DNA of 64,000 nt from the sequence record MW584166.1; one strand, 5' to 3'. How positions within the stretch are numbered: position 1 is the stretch's first letter; every line of letters starts with the position of its first letter. The notes beneath the pieces were generated by a model, which saw only the letters and a list, made by a program, of their open reading frames with translations, was not told the DNA's origin and made no database searches. This document shows positions 47,362 to 57,715 of this stretch, in pieces. The stretch is from Mycobacterium phage prophi88-1. The translations under genes and the position numbers were made by a program.

Positions 47362-48399
47362 GTGCCGGTCATCAGCTCTGAACAGATCGTGTCGCTGCGC
47401 ACCGCCAGCGGCAAGCAACTCGACCAATTCCTGGCCACGCATCAGGAGTCGTTGAAATGGACCCGCGAGCAGCGACAAGTATCGGTGCTGGAAATGACCG
47501 TGCCGAGCGTGATCGACGCCGACCGCATGGACATCACACCGTGGCTGCATTGGATCGACGTGTTCGATGATCAGGGCCGCGAGCTGTACTGGTCAGGACC
47601 CATCCAGCGGGTCTCAGCTAGCCGCTCACGAACCTCCATTTCCGCGCGGGATATGTCGGCGTTGATGACCCGCACCCGCTGCCCGCTGACGAAAAACTGG
47701 GATGCCGCCGACACCTCGAAGATCGCGGGCGAGCTGTGGGCCGCGATGATCGCCCACCACGGACTGAACACTCGAGCCATCGAACGCGTGGACCCGCGCG
47801 GCGACCACTTCGATTTCGAGGCTATCGCCGACGAGCAGATGATGAGTGCGACGTTCGATCGGCTCGTCGGGCTGGGGCTGCACTGGACAGTCGTGGGCGG
47901 TGTGCCCATCCTGGGCCCGGCCCAGCTCAAATCGATTGTGGCGCTCGGCGAAAACGACTTCACGGGCGGGGAGTTCTCGATCGTGCGTGATGGCAGCCAG
48001 ACCTACAACGATGTCCTACTGCGCGGCGGCGACAACCTGGCTCGCGCCAGCGTGCCGATGGGCGGTCTGCGGTTGCAGACGATCAACAACATCGACGACA
48101 TGTTCGGTGTTTCCAACGTCGACCGCGCAGCCAAGCAATACGTGCGCTACACCGGGGCCATCAAAGACACCTTGGTGCTCTCTGACGGTGCCGTGCTGCA
48201 TCCTGATGCTCCGCTAGACATTTCGCAGCTGATCCCGTCAGTACGTTTCAACGTCGAAGCACTGGGGGTGCTGCAACTGATGGAACTGCAGAACGTCACA
48301 GTCACCGGTGACGGAGCCGTGGCGCTCACGCTGGCTTCGGTCAACGACGACCTACCGGAACTGGTGGAGATCGCCCAGAAAGGGGCGGTGACACAGTGA
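47362..48399 (+). CDS. minor tail protein
   Basis: 345-aa GTG-start ORF. Confidence 0.5.
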   Translation: MPVISSEQIVSLRTASGKQLDQFLATHQESLKWTREQRQVSVLEMTVPSVIDADRMDITPWLHWIDVFDDQGRELYWSGPIQRVSASRSRTSISARDMSALMTRTRCPLTKNWDAADTSKIAGELWAAMIAHHGLNTRAIERVDPRGDHFDFEAIADEQMMSATFDRLVGLGLHWTVVGGVPILGPAQLKSIVALGENDFTGGEFSIVRDGSQTYNDVLLRGGDNLARASVPMGGLRLQTINNIDDMFGVSNVDRAAKQYVRYTGAIKDTLVLSDGAVLHPDAPLDISQLIPSVRFNVEALGVLQLMELQNVTVTGDGAVALTLASVNDDLPELVEIAQKGAVTQ

Positions 48400-50762
48400 G
48401 CCGAGTTCCAGGCCAGGCGCCGCGCACCGACCAGGAGTGGACACGCGAGGTGGCGCAGCGGCTCTCAGCACTCGAAAATCCGCGAACAATCCGGGTGGGG
48501 AAGTGGGTTCTGTCCGCGGTCGCCGGCCGACTCATGGCGACCAGCCCAGGTGAAGTGCTTGAGGTTGGGCAGGAACCGACGCCCGTTGCGGTTGATTTGA
48601 GCCAGCGCGGCAGCCAGGTTTCTGAGCAGGAGATCGCCGAGGCCGTCACGGGCGGCAACGGTAAGACGTTCACCTCGATCACCGACTGGTTGACGGCGAA
48701 GTGGTCGGAGCTCTCGAGTACGACGACGAATGCGAACACCGGCCTCGGGAACTGGACGTCATGGCTCACCGGGGGTTCGTGGGCCACCGTCGGTGCCGCG
48801 GTGTCAGATTTCTTGAGCACCAAGAGCACCGCGGCGACAGCGGGGACCAATGCGGCTACGGGGCTGGGCAATTGGACGTCCTGGTTGTCCGGTGGTTCGT
48901 GGGCGAGCATTGCGGCGTCCGTTGCTGATTTCCTGGGAACGAAATCAACGGCCAACACCGCGGGCACCAACGCCGCAACCGCGATGGCCGACGCCAGCGC
49001 CGCCTCCACCGCGGCGGCAGCAGCGCAGAGCAACGCGCAGGGCGCCATCGATGCCGGCATCAACGCCATCCGCAACACCCCGGGCGTCGTGGGTCAGGCA
49101 GTGGAGGGCTTCGCCGACGCGCTGGCGTCGATCCCGACCCAGCTGTTCAATCAGTTCGGCGGCAACAATGTGCCCCGGGCATCCCAGGAGCAGGCTAACG
49201 CGGCGATGGCCGCGCTGGTCAACACGGTCAATTCCCAAGGCGCGGCGATCAATGCGCTGCAAAACATCCTCTCCGATGTCGGCGGATTCAGTGCCTCGAT
49301 CACGTTCCGCCCGGCGGAAACCACCGTATTCACCGGTCCGGGCACCGCGCCGTGGACACCGCCGGCATGGGCGGCAGGTGGGTACGGCGAGTATGTGATC
49401 GCGCCGGCCGCCGGTGGTGGCGGTGCCGGTGAAGGCGGCTCGGGAGCATTCGGTGTCGGCGGCTACCCGGGCGCGTGGGCCACCGGCACCTTCCCGTTGG
49501 AGGCGGGCGCCTATTCGATCTTCGCCGGGGGCGGCGGTCTGGGCGGGCAAGACGAGGGCCTGGGCTTCGGCGATAACGGCAGCGCTGGTGATACCTCGAC
49601 GATCACCAGCCCCACCGGCACACCGGTGGCCTCGGCGTCGGGCGGCGCAGGCGGTGAGGGGGCGCGGCGCGGCGGCAGCGGGCAGAACGGGAAAACCATC
49701 AGCCCCCAAACCTTGTCGGCGTTCGGGGAGGCCTTCACCGCCGGATCCGGGGGTACCGGCAACGCAGGCACCGGCGGGGTGGCAGGTGGCGGTGCGGGCG
49801 GTAACGGTGGCCTGTTCGGCAACTACACCAAGGGCGGCACCGGCGGGCCGGCCAAGATCTGGATGCGAGCCCGCGCACCAATCCCGACCCAGTTCACCGC
49901 CATGGGCACCCTGATCTTGCCCACGCTCAAACTCAACACCGGGGCCGCCCAAACCGATTCGATGACCGCGGCCGGGCAGTGGCGCACCATCGCGCCCGGC
50001 GGGGCCGCTGGCGGCTACATGCTGATCATCCGCGCCAACGCCTCGTTCACCGATTACGTCTATCTGCGGATCTGGGATGTCTCCGGTGTCACCCACTACG
50101 AGCTGGGCCGCGTGGCTTCCGGGGTCAAGTCCGCATGGAAAACCGGCACGGTCGGGGCCGCGATCCCGTTCAACGCCTTCACCTTGACCTCCGATACCGC
50201 CCGCACCTTCACCGTCGGGGTCAACGGGACCGCGTTCGACTCCTACAACGACTCGGGTGCCACCTCCCTGATGGGCGCGGCCTACCGCAGCGGCGGCTGG
50301 GCATCCTCGGACCCGGCCCTGCCCGGCTCGATGTCACAGTTCGCGTTCCTGGACACCGGCACCCCCGCCCGCATCGTCTCAGGCACCATCGCGACCGCCC
50401 AAGGCACCAACAGCACCGCCGCCTACGTGGACCTGGCCACCCCCGGGCCCTCGGTCACCCTGAACGTGCCCGCCAGTGGCGAGGTCACTATCGATGTGTC
50501 GGCGGCCTACTCCTCCGGCGGGGCCGCCGCACAAACCGGCTACATGGGCTGTGCGCTCTCGGGCGCCAACACCCGCGCCGCAACCGATGCCACCGCCGCC
50601 TACGGGCGCACCGTCACCGCCGGACTGTTCGGCACCGTGGCGCGCCGCATCCACCTCACCGGCCTGACCCCGGGCACCACCACGTTCAAAGCCGTCTACA
50701 AAACCAGCACCAGCACCGCCACCTTCTCCGACCGCCACATCATCGTCGAACCCAAACCCTAA
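48396..50762 (+). CDS. minor tail protein with an internal 40-aa tandem repeat and Gly-rich (GGxGG) tracts
   Basis: 788 aa. NxxTGLGNWTSWLxGGSWAx repeated twice. GGAGEGGSGAFGVGG-type segments. Confidence 0.6.
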   Translation: MSRVPGQAPRTDQEWTREVAQRLSALENPRTIRVGKWVLSAVAGRLMATSPGEVLEVGQEPTPVAVDLSQRGSQVSEQEIAEAVTGGNGKTFTSITDWLTAKWSELSSTTTNANTGLGNWTSWLTGGSWATVGAAVSDFLSTKSTAATAGTNAATGLGNWTSWLSGGSWASIAASVADFLGTKSTANTAGTNAATAMADASAASTAAAAAQSNAQGAIDAGINAIRNTPGVVGQAVEGFADALASIPTQLFNQFGGNNVPRASQEQANAAMAALVNTVNSQGAAINALQNILSDVGGFSASITFRPAETTVFTGPGTAPWTPPAWAAGGYGEYVIAPAAGGGGAGEGGSGAFGVGGYPGAWATGTFPLEAGAYSIFAGGGGLGGQDEGLGFGDNGSAGDTSTITSPTGTPVASASGGAGGEGARRGGSGQNGKTISPQTLSAFGEAFTAGSGGTGNAGTGGVAGGGAGGNGGLFGNYTKGGTGGPAKIWMRARAPIPTQFTAMGTLILPTLKLNTGAAQTDSMTAAGQWRTIAPGGAAGGYMLIIRANASFTDYVYLRIWDVSGVTHYELGRVASGVKSAWKTGTVGAAIPFNAFTLTSDTARTFTVGVNGTAFDSYNDSGATSLMGAAYRSGGWASSDPALPGSMSQFAFLDTGTPARIVSGTIATAQGTNSTAAYVDLATPGPSVTLNVPASGEVTIDVSAAYSSGGAAAQTGYMGCALSGANTRAATDATAAYGRTVTAGLFGTVARRIHLTGLTPGTTTFKAVYKTSTSTATFSDRHIIVEPKP
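48730..48969 (+). repeat. Two copies of an approximately 120-bp imperfect tandem direct repeat inside the minor tail gene
   Basis: Read at both DNA and protein level. Confidence 0.6.
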
Positions 50763-50792
50763 AGACCGCACCGCGAAAGGCACAGAGAAATC

Positions 50793-51104
50793 ATGGGATT
50801 CACCAACGCGACACCGCTGCAACAGACCACCTACCAGGCCATGTACTTCGACGGCACACCGCAGAGCGCCGCGCAGACCTTGATGATGATCGACTCGCTG
50901 TTGACCGCCCGCAAGCTGCACTACGGCATCATCCACGGTTCCCAAGAAGTCGAAAACCCCACCGCGTGGCGTATCCAACTCGCGCGCCGCGACGGCTCAG
51001 CCGAACTCATCGCCCTCGCCGACCGCTGGATCGTCGTTTCCTCGACCGGCCAAGTCCGAGTACTCACCCCGGGCGACTACCGCGCCGAATTCGCCGTTGA
51101 GTGA
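50793..51104 (+). CDS. hypothetical tail-region protein
   Basis: ORF with an AGAGAAA Shine-Dalgarno. Confidence 0.4.
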   Translation: MGFTNATPLQQTTYQAMYFDGTPQSAAQTLMMIDSLLTARKLHYGIIHGSQEVENPTAWRIQLARRDGSAELIALADRWIVVSSTGQVRVLTPGDYRAEFAVE

Positions 51105-51364
51105 CCGGCGCCGGCACCGCTGCTCGCTACCCTGCCGCCATGGACGGATACCTGCGCGGTTCGGTGAAGACCCACCCGGACTATCCCGAGAACCCGACCA
51201 TCGCGCTGCGCAGCGTGTTTGACGACGACGACGCCACCGGCTGCAACTCGTGGCTGGTCGTCTCGGCGAGTTCTGGGGCGCTCTATCGCACGGAGTCGTT
51301 CGTCGCCGACTGGCCCGACGCAGACGGGCTGACGTTGACGACCACGCTCACCCCGGCTCCGTAG
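51101..51364 (+). CDS. hypothetical protein
   Basis: GTGA-coupled ORF. Confidence 0.4.
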   Translation: MTGAGTAARYPAAMDGYLRGSVKTHPDYPENPTIALRSVFDDDDATGCNSWLVVSASSGALYRTESFVADWPDADGLTLTTTLTPAP

Positions 51365-51374
51365 CCTCACGGTC

Positions 51375-52016
51375 GTGCCGATCACGGAGTACACCGAGCC
51401 GAACGTCTGCATCGGGGAGAACCTCACCACCGATGCGGCCGGTCAGCTGCGGCTCCAACCGTGGGCGCTGGTACGCCCTGTGGTCGACATCCGGGCACTC
51501 TCGGGCGGTGACGGTTCGATCATCGCGCCGCTGATCGCGCTGCCAGGCAAGCTGCTGATCGACCAGAAAGCGTCCTGGCGCAACGATTCCCCGCTGCCGC
51601 AGATGGTGCTGATCCGCGTCACGCGTGGGCCGCGGTCATGGCTCACCTCGAATCCGAACGCTATCCAATTCCGCGACCGGTGGACTACTGCGATCGACAC
51701 GGATGCCGCGATGCCGGTGACCACCGGCATCTACAACTCCCAGTGCGGATCGGCCTGGGACTTGGGAACGAACAGCGTCGCCGAGCCCAACCCTGGACGG
51801 CAGTGGCGATGGGCCGACGCCAACAGCATGGACGAATGGGTGGGCCCGATCGATCCAGGGGCCACGCTCAACCTCTGGTACCGCTGCTATGTGTGGACCC
51901 CGCCGCCGTGGTCGAACAACGCGAACAAGAATCAGCCGCAGCACGAGGCCCGCGCGAACTGGACGCGCATTGAAATGCGGGCCTTCCCGCAGCAGGGAAA
52001 TGTGGTGACCGGATGA
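51375..52016 (+). CDS. minor tail protein (hypothetical)
   Basis: 213-aa ORF. Confidence 0.45.
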   Translation: MPITEYTEPNVCIGENLTTDAAGQLRLQPWALVRPVVDIRALSGGDGSIIAPLIALPGKLLIDQKASWRNDSPLPQMVLIRVTRGPRSWLTSNPNAIQFRDRWTTAIDTDAAMPVTTGIYNSQCGSAWDLGTNSVAEPNPGRQWRWADANSMDEWVGPIDPGATLNLWYRCYVWTPPPWSNNANKNQPQHEARANWTRIEMRAFPQQGNVVTG

Positions 52017-52612
52017 GCGTCAAGGTGTGCACCTCGGAGTACATGCTCTCCACCGTCAACGGGCTCGACATGAGGCGAAACTGGTTCCCCAGCATCGTCG
52101 CTGAGCGATTCCTGCAGTCCAAGAAGGACGGGCAGATCAGCCGATCACCCGACCCGGTGACGATGATCGATGGTGATCTCACCTACTTCAACAACACCCC
52201 AGACCCGGTGTACATCACCGTGCAAGTCATCCGGGCTCCCCGCAGCATCGTTGCCCAAAACCCGGGCACCGTAGTGATTCACGACGCCTGGTCCTGGGCT
52301 GTCGGCAAGTCGCCCACAGCTGACTTTCCCTCGGTAATCCAGGACTCATTCGGCGGCAGGGGACAGGTGGACCGACCCGAAAACGCCGCGGACAAGCTGC
52401 TGTTCGGACGGTTCTTCGCTGACGGAGACAGCTCCCAAGCCTGGGTCAACGTCGGCCAACTCGACGCGCAGGATTCCTTGCACTTTCGATACCTGGCCGC
52501 TGTCCAAACCCCAGGCGTATGGACCACCCCTTCAGAGTTCGAGCCGCGCTGGGAAGCACAAGCCCGCTGGACTCGACTGCTGGCGTTCGCGATGCCGGTT
52601 GGTTCGGCATGA
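52013..52612 (+). CDS. minor tail protein (hypothetical)
   Basis: ATGA-coupled 199-aa ORF. Confidence 0.45.
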   Translation: MSVKVCTSEYMLSTVNGLDMRRNWFPSIVAERFLQSKKDGQISRSPDPVTMIDGDLTYFNNTPDPVYITVQVIRAPRSIVAQNPGTVVIHDAWSWAVGKSPTADFPSVIQDSFGGRGQVDRPENAADKLLFGRFFADGDSSQAWVNVGQLDAQDSLHFRYLAAVQTPGVWTTPSEFEPRWEAQARWTRLLAFAMPVGSA

Positions 52613-53889
52613 GCGAGCACTTTGCGATCGTCGGCGACGCCATCGCTCCGCAGCCCTGGATGCAGATGCGCCACCTCAAAGGCGCGGAAGTGCCTTCGGT
52701 GTCAAAGTCTTACGACACATCAGGTGGCGGCAACAAGAACGACGCAGTCCACGCTGTCGTGGTGTCCTGGACGAACAACACCCCGATTCCGCAATCGGTC
52801 TACGGCATGGTGACCCGGGAGGGCGCCCAGGTGACGCTGCAGGCACGGTCCCGCGGCTACCTGCTCACCCTCCACGGCCGCGATATCACCGCAACCGCGG
52901 CGGTGCCGACATCGTGGGACATGGCCGAGGTCAGCAAGTTCGGTATCGGCGGCGACATCGGTAAGGGCGGAATCCTGGCTCTCGGCACCGGATTCGGGGT
53001 CAGCGAGATCCGGCAGAACTCCGCCAGCATCCCGTTGATGCCGCACTGGACCGGCTGGAGCATCGTGGCACCCGGGCAGACGTTCCACGGCCGGGTGGAG
53101 GTGCGGTTCCGGACGGACTTCTGGGAGAACACCTCGATCGATGGCGGTGACCAAAACACCGAGTCGGGCTTCATCTCCGGCGGCACCCGACTGGATCTCT
53201 ACGCCACCCCGGTCATCGGTGAGCCACCTGTCTTGTCGACCCCCACGGTTGTCGGGATAGAGCACTCGGTGAACAACACCTTCCACACCGACGTCGATGT
53301 GCCCGCGGGCACTGCCTTAGGCGACATGCTTATTGCGGTGGTATCCAACCAGTTCGGGCTCATCAGCGACATCAAGCCCGAGCAGACCGGCTGGACACAG
53401 GTCCACGCCCGCGACGGCGGCTGGGAAGACGCTCACATGAAGGTGTACGTGCGGGCCGCCAAAGCCACCGAACCGGCCTCCTACACGTTCGGCAACGGCT
53501 TACTGGCTGAGTCCATCGCACACCTGATCACCGTGCGCGGCGCCAACCAGCTGCTCGATGAGGGCTGGCAGTTCGCATCGTCGCTACGCAAGAGATGGTG
53601 GGAACGCTATGACGGCCATATCTGCCCATCGATCGACCGCGCCGGACAACTGCTGCTGTTGGTGTCCTACATCCCGCACAACGCGCTCCAAACCACACTC
53701 ACGCAGACCGTGCCGGCCGGGACGACGGAACTGGAGAACCTAGACGGGAACCTGGCATGCAGCGCGGTGGCCGCACTGCCGAACCCGCCGCGGCCGACGG
53801 GGGAACGCACGTTCGTCGCGTCGGAGGAACCGTCCTGGGCCGGCCGCTCCATCACGGCATCGATCCTGGTGCCCGGCACGTTCCAGTAG
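52609..53889 (+). CDS. minor tail protein (hypothetical)
   Basis: ATGA-coupled ORF of about 426 aa. Confidence 0.5.
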   Translation: MSEHFAIVGDAIAPQPWMQMRHLKGAEVPSVSKSYDTSGGGNKNDAVHAVVVSWTNNTPIPQSVYGMVTREGAQVTLQARSRGYLLTLHGRDITATAAVPTSWDMAEVSKFGIGGDIGKGGILALGTGFGVSEIRQNSASIPLMPHWTGWSIVAPGQTFHGRVEVRFRTDFWENTSIDGGDQNTESGFISGGTRLDLYATPVIGEPPVLSTPTVVGIEHSVNNTFHTDVDVPAGTALGDMLIAVVSNQFGLISDIKPEQTGWTQVHARDGGWEDAHMKVYVRAAKATEPASYTFGNGLLAESIAHLITVRGANQLLDEGWQFASSLRKRWWERYDGHICPSIDRAGQLLLLVSYIPHNALQTTLTQTVPAGTTELENLDGNLACSAVAALPNPPRPTGERTFVASEEPSWAGRSITASILVPGTFQ

Positions 53890-53908
53890 TTGCGCCTCGG
53901 AGGTTCAC

Positions 53909-54265
53909 ATGTACGACCCGCCAGATAGTTTCGACGACATGCTCGGTGACGCGGACCTGGTCCCGCAGACGGGCCCGTTCGTCCCGCTCGAAGTCCCCGG
54001 TGTCGGGGTTGTCAGGGCGCGCCGGCCGATGCCTAACGCCGTGCCGGTGCTGGCCATGTCGGTGAACGCCAAGATCGATGTTGTCGAGAAACAGGGCTAC
54101 CTGACCTTGTTCCTGCAGAATCACCTGGAATCCGGCGAGCACGAACGCATCTTGGTCACCATGATGGGCGGCGAACTGCCGGCCGACAGCATGGGCAGGG
54201 TTGCCCGCGCGATAGCGACATGGGGCACGGCCCGCCCTACCTTGCCGTCATCACGCTCAGTGTGA
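53909..54265 (+). CDS. hypothetical protein
   Basis: ORF with a GGAGG Shine-Dalgarno. Confidence 0.4.
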   Translation: MYDPPDSFDDMLGDADLVPQTGPFVPLEVPGVGVVRARRPMPNAVPVLAMSVNAKIDVVEKQGYLTLFLQNHLESGEHERILVTMMGGELPADSMGRVARAIATWGTARPTLPSSRSV

Positions 54266-54591
54266 TGGCGGCTACTCATTGGCGGGCGATTCGGACCCGG
54301 ATGCGGGGCGACGGTATCGCCGATCCGATGCGGCAGTTGCCGCACATGCACGCACTGATCGACGAAGCCGAGAAGGTGTGGCTGGAAGCCCTGCACACCG
54401 GCAACGAGGAAAAGGACAAGCACGAGCGCGAGCAGCTGTTGGACCGGCTGTACGCGCCGACCACAGACGGCGCCGAGACGCTGAACGGCGACGGATACCA
54501 AGCCAAACGCACGCCGCCGCCCGGGTTTGAAGATCCGGCCGAGGTCGAGGCCAACTTCGATGCGGTCGCGCGGGCTTTCGGCGGCCGGTAG
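54265..54591 (+). CDS. hypothetical protein
   Basis: TGATG-coupled ORF. Confidence 0.35.
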   Translation: MAATHWRAIRTRMRGDGIADPMRQLPHMHALIDEAEKVWLEALHTGNEEKDKHEREQLLDRLYAPTTDGAETLNGDGYQAKRTPPPGFEDPAEVEANFDAVARAFGGR

Positions 54592-54620
54592 TTGCACGCC
54601 GCCGCCCTAGCCTGCCCGGC

Positions 54621-55043
54621 ATGGCGAAGGTGGCGCAGGTGGTCCCGTATCTCGACATGTCGGCCCCGCGCGGCCAGCGCCTCGCACCGGAGATGCGCGA
54701 AGAGATCGCCGAAGTCGCGCCCTCGACCCTGAACGACGGCGCGGTCAAGACAGCGAAACTGGCCGAAGAAGCAGTCACCGAACCGAAACTGGCTGCCGGA
54801 GCGGTCACATCGCCCAAGATCGCGTCGAAGGGCGTCAAGGCCGTCAACATCGACGACGCTGCCGTTGGCACAGCCCAGCTGGCCGCTGGTGCTGTCACCG
54901 CAGCCAAGGCCGGCGTCGGTGTTGTCACTGCCCACGACAGCGCAGGCAACGCCATCAAGCTCGACGCAGTGCCCATGACCTCGACCGACTACACGGCGCT
55001 GACGACCAAAGAACCCAACGTCCTCTACCTGCTGAGCGACTGA
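54621..55043 (+). CDS. tail-fibre-like protein with AxAVT repeat units
   Basis: Repeating KLAEEAVTEPKLAAGAVTSPKIASKGV... pattern. Confidence 0.45.
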   Translation: MAKVAQVVPYLDMSAPRGQRLAPEMREEIAEVAPSTLNDGAVKTAKLAEEAVTEPKLAAGAVTSPKIASKGVKAVNIDDAAVGTAQLAAGAVTAAKAGVGVVTAHDSAGNAIKLDAVPMTSTDYTALTTKEPNVLYLLSD

Positions 55044-55741
55044 TGCCCGGTATCTACCTCGGCGGCACCGCTATCAAGGCAATGATGCTTGGCGAGAAGG
55101 CCATTACCCGGGCGTATCTCGGCGAAACCCTGGTGTGGTCAGCGAACCGGATCCGCGACGACTTCAACCGTGCTGACGGCGATCTCGGTGTCAACTGGGT
55201 GATCAGCTCCAGCGTCGACGGTTATAAGCCCAGTGTGGTCGGCAATGTGTGCCGCCTCGGAGTGCCGGACGGGTTGCTCTCGCTGCAGCTGAACGGCGCT
55301 CACGCCCGCTACGTCGCCACGCTGGACCGCGACGACGGCTATGTGGAGTTCCGCATCGGCAGCCAGGGGTCAGGGCCGAGCCTAACCGGTGACCTGTGTA
55401 GAACCACGATCCTGGGGCGCGGGTCCAACAATGCTGTCATCGGTGGTGTTGGGGTGCAAATGGATTCATCGACGCTGCGGATCGTGCGGAGGGCCGGGGT
55501 GGACACTGTGGTCAAGACGATCGGCACCTTCGGCGCTGGCGATGTCATCCGGCACAACTTCGTCGGGAACGTGCACACGTTCCGCCGCAACGGCAGCCTG
55601 CTCGAAGAGTGGAACGACGAGAACGCCACCGCCCCCAAGGGAGCAGGGAACCGGTCGCTGATCATCTCCGTGCAGGGTTCCAAGGATCTCTTGGGGCCAC
55701 GCAGGTTTGGCCCGGCCATTGACTACGTGGAGATGGGCTGA
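55043..55741 (+). CDS. hypothetical tail/host-interaction protein
   Basis: 232-aa ATGA-coupled ORF. Confidence 0.45.
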   Translation: MPGIYLGGTAIKAMMLGEKAITRAYLGETLVWSANRIRDDFNRADGDLGVNWVISSSVDGYKPSVVGNVCRLGVPDGLLSLQLNGAHARYVATLDRDDGYVEFRIGSQGSGPSLTGDLCRTTILGRGSNNAVIGGVGVQMDSSTLRIVRRAGVDTVVKTIGTFGAGDVIRHNFVGNVHTFRRNGSLLEEWNDENATAPKGAGNRSLIISVQGSKDLLGPRRFGPAIDYVEMG

Positions 55742-55896
55742 TGTCGGCCCGGTCCTTCGTGCAGCTCGTCAAGTATCCGCTGTTCTACGTCGCGCTGGCC
55801 GGGTTCTCGTTCCGGATTGGTTGGTGTGCAGCCCATTACGTCAGTGACCGCATGGACAACTTTGATCCAGATATCGGTAAGGGGAAGTACGGATGG
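55741..55896 (+). CDS. small single-TM protein (52 aa), a weak holin candidate
   Basis: LFYVALAGFSFRIGWCAA helix. Translationally coupled upstream of the lysin region. Confidence 0.3.
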
Positions 55897-56180
55897 TGAT
55901 CAAGGACCGGATAGCTCAGTGGCGCGGGGAGTTGTTCGACAGCATCGGCGAACACTGCGGCGCTGTCGTGCGCGAGCTGTTGACGAAGTTCCTCAACGAT
56001 TTCCGGCAGGATGTGCGTGCCGAGGTCGCCGCGCTCGCGCGTAAGGCCGACGAATCGGTGGACAAGCTCACCGACGCCATCCCCGGCACCCTCGATGACC
56101 GGCTGTTCGACGGCCGGTTCGGGCAACTGCTGCAACGTCTTGAACAGCTGGTCCCGCTCTTCGGTGGTGGCAGCCGATGA
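55893..56180 (+). CDS. hypothetical protein
   Basis: ATGGTGA-coupled ORF. Confidence 0.4.
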   Translation: MVIKDRIAQWRGELFDSIGEHCGAVVRELLTKFLNDFRQDVRAEVAALARKADESVDKLTDAIPGTLDDRLFDGRFGQLLQRLEQLVPLFGGGSR

Positions 56181-57715
56181 GTTTCGTATGGTTCCGGCCC
56201 GACGGCCCGCTGCGCAGCCGCGAGCAGATCGCCTGCGAGGTGCACGCCGTGTCACTGGCACGTGGTCTTGACGAGCTTGCCACCGTTTTGGCGCTCATGT
56301 GCATCGACGTCGAGGTCGGCGCCGAAGACGACAACGGGCAGCGGCAGTGGTGGTGCCCGTGGAACGCGGCAGACCCGCAAACCGAGCAGTTCGGCCACGA
56401 CTCGCAATCCGACGATGCTCTCTCGTCGGGCTATTTCCAGCAGCAGGTCTCACGTCCTGGTGCCCCAGGGCGTCCCTGGGGCTGGGGCGGCCTGTTCGGC
56501 GACCTCAATGGTGCCAGGAAACGCATGACCCTGGCCGACTCCGCGGACATGTTCCTGGCCGCGCTGCCCGACGACTACGGGCGCGCTGCTGGAAACCCAG
56601 CCGTGGCAGGGCAAGTCGTGCAGCAGGTCCAAAAGTCGGCGTTCCCGGATCGGTATGCGCAGCGTTGGGGCGAAGCATGGTCGGTGCTGCGTCGCGCGCT
56701 GGCCGGCGGGCCCGTGGATCCGTCCGTGCCGACCACGCCGGATGTGCTGACACCGGCGCCCGGCTTCCGCGGAGACCCATACTGGCTGGCCGATGTGCTG
56801 CGTGCCGAGGGGCTGCGCGTTTTCGAGATGGACGGCTGGAAAGACCGCGGGGAAGGCGACCAAGGCGTGCTGTGGGGCGCGGTGTTCCATCACACCGGCA
56901 ACGCCAACGAGACCCCAGAAGGGATCGCATTCCATCCGACGCTGGGGTTGGCCGCGCACCTGCTGATCCGGCCCAACGGCGATGTATGGGTCTGCGGTAT
57001 CGGCAAGGCCAACCATGCCGGTGTCGGGTCGTGGCCCGGGATTCCCACCGACAACGCCAACCCGGTGACGATCGGGGTAGAGGTCGCGATCCTGCCGCAG
57101 GAGAACGCCCCACACCGGACCGGCTGGCCGCCAGTGCAATACGAGGCCACGGTCAAGGCATTCGCAGCGATCCTACGCAAGCTCGCCCAGACGGCGAAAC
57201 GCGCTATCTCCCACAAGGAATGGGCGCAACTCGGCCCCGCCGGGGTGCGGCAGGGCAAGTGGGACCCCGGCGCCATCGACATGAACATCTTCCGCACCGA
57301 CGTCCAGAGACAAATCGACACCCGCACCACAGGAGGTTTCCTTATGGCCCTGACCGACTCCGAACAGCGCGAGATCCTGGATTACGTTCGCGCGCAGAAC
57401 GCGCCGATTCCGTCTACCTCGCCGCTACGGCACCTCGGCGAAGGAAACGTGAACACCCGCGCCAACCTGGCGCGCGCCATCGACGCCAACCAGCACGTGA
57501 CCGCGGTGGTCACCCTGGCCAAGGAAGGTCACACACCCTCGATCGCGCTGCTCTGGGAGGTATCCACGGCGGCCGACAACCCGGGCACGTACCCGGACCG
57601 GCAGGAAGACGCCAACCTCGCCAAGACGCTGCTGGCCAGCATCAGCAAGACCAAGAAAGCCGTCGCCGCCGAGGACATCGAAGCGTGGCTCGACGCCGAG
57701 AAGGCTGCCGCATGA
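56177..57715 (+). CDS. lysA: endolysin (lysin A) with N-acetylmuramoyl-L-alanine amidase/PGRP-type domain
   Basis: GAVFHHTGNANE...HAGVGSWPG amidase_2-like motifs. Modular 512-aa protein. Followed by lysB. Confidence 0.8.
   Translation: MSFVWFRPDGPLRSREQIACEVHAVSLARGLDELATVLALMCIDVEVGAEDDNGQRQWWCPWNAADPQTEQFGHDSQSDDALSSGYFQQQVSRPGAPGRPWGWGGLFGDLNGARKRMTLADSADMFLAALPDDYGRAAGNPAVAGQVVQQVQKSAFPDRYAQRWGEAWSVLRRALAGGPVDPSVPTTPDVLTPAPGFRGDPYWLADVLRAEGLRVFEMDGWKDRGEGDQGVLWGAVFHHTGNANETPEGIAFHPTLGLAAHLLIRPNGDVWVCGIGKANHAGVGSWPGIPTDNANPVTIGVEVAILPQENAPHRTGWPPVQYEATVKAFAAILRKLAQTAKRAISHKEWAQLGPAGVRQGKWDPGAIDMNIFRTDVQRQIDTRTTGGFLMALTDSEQREILDYVRAQNAPIPSTSPLRHLGEGNVNTRANLARAIDANQHVTAVVTLAKEGHTPSIALLWEVSTAADNPGTYPDRQEDANLAKTLLASISKTKKAVAAEDIEAWLDAEKAAA

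Noticed and set aside
40700-50300. GGxGG / GGCGG-rich repetitive DNA in the tape measure and minor tail genes as possible CRISPR or other non-coding repeats
   Set aside because: The repeats are in-frame Gly-rich coding repeats inside long ORFs. There are no spacer-repeat regularities.
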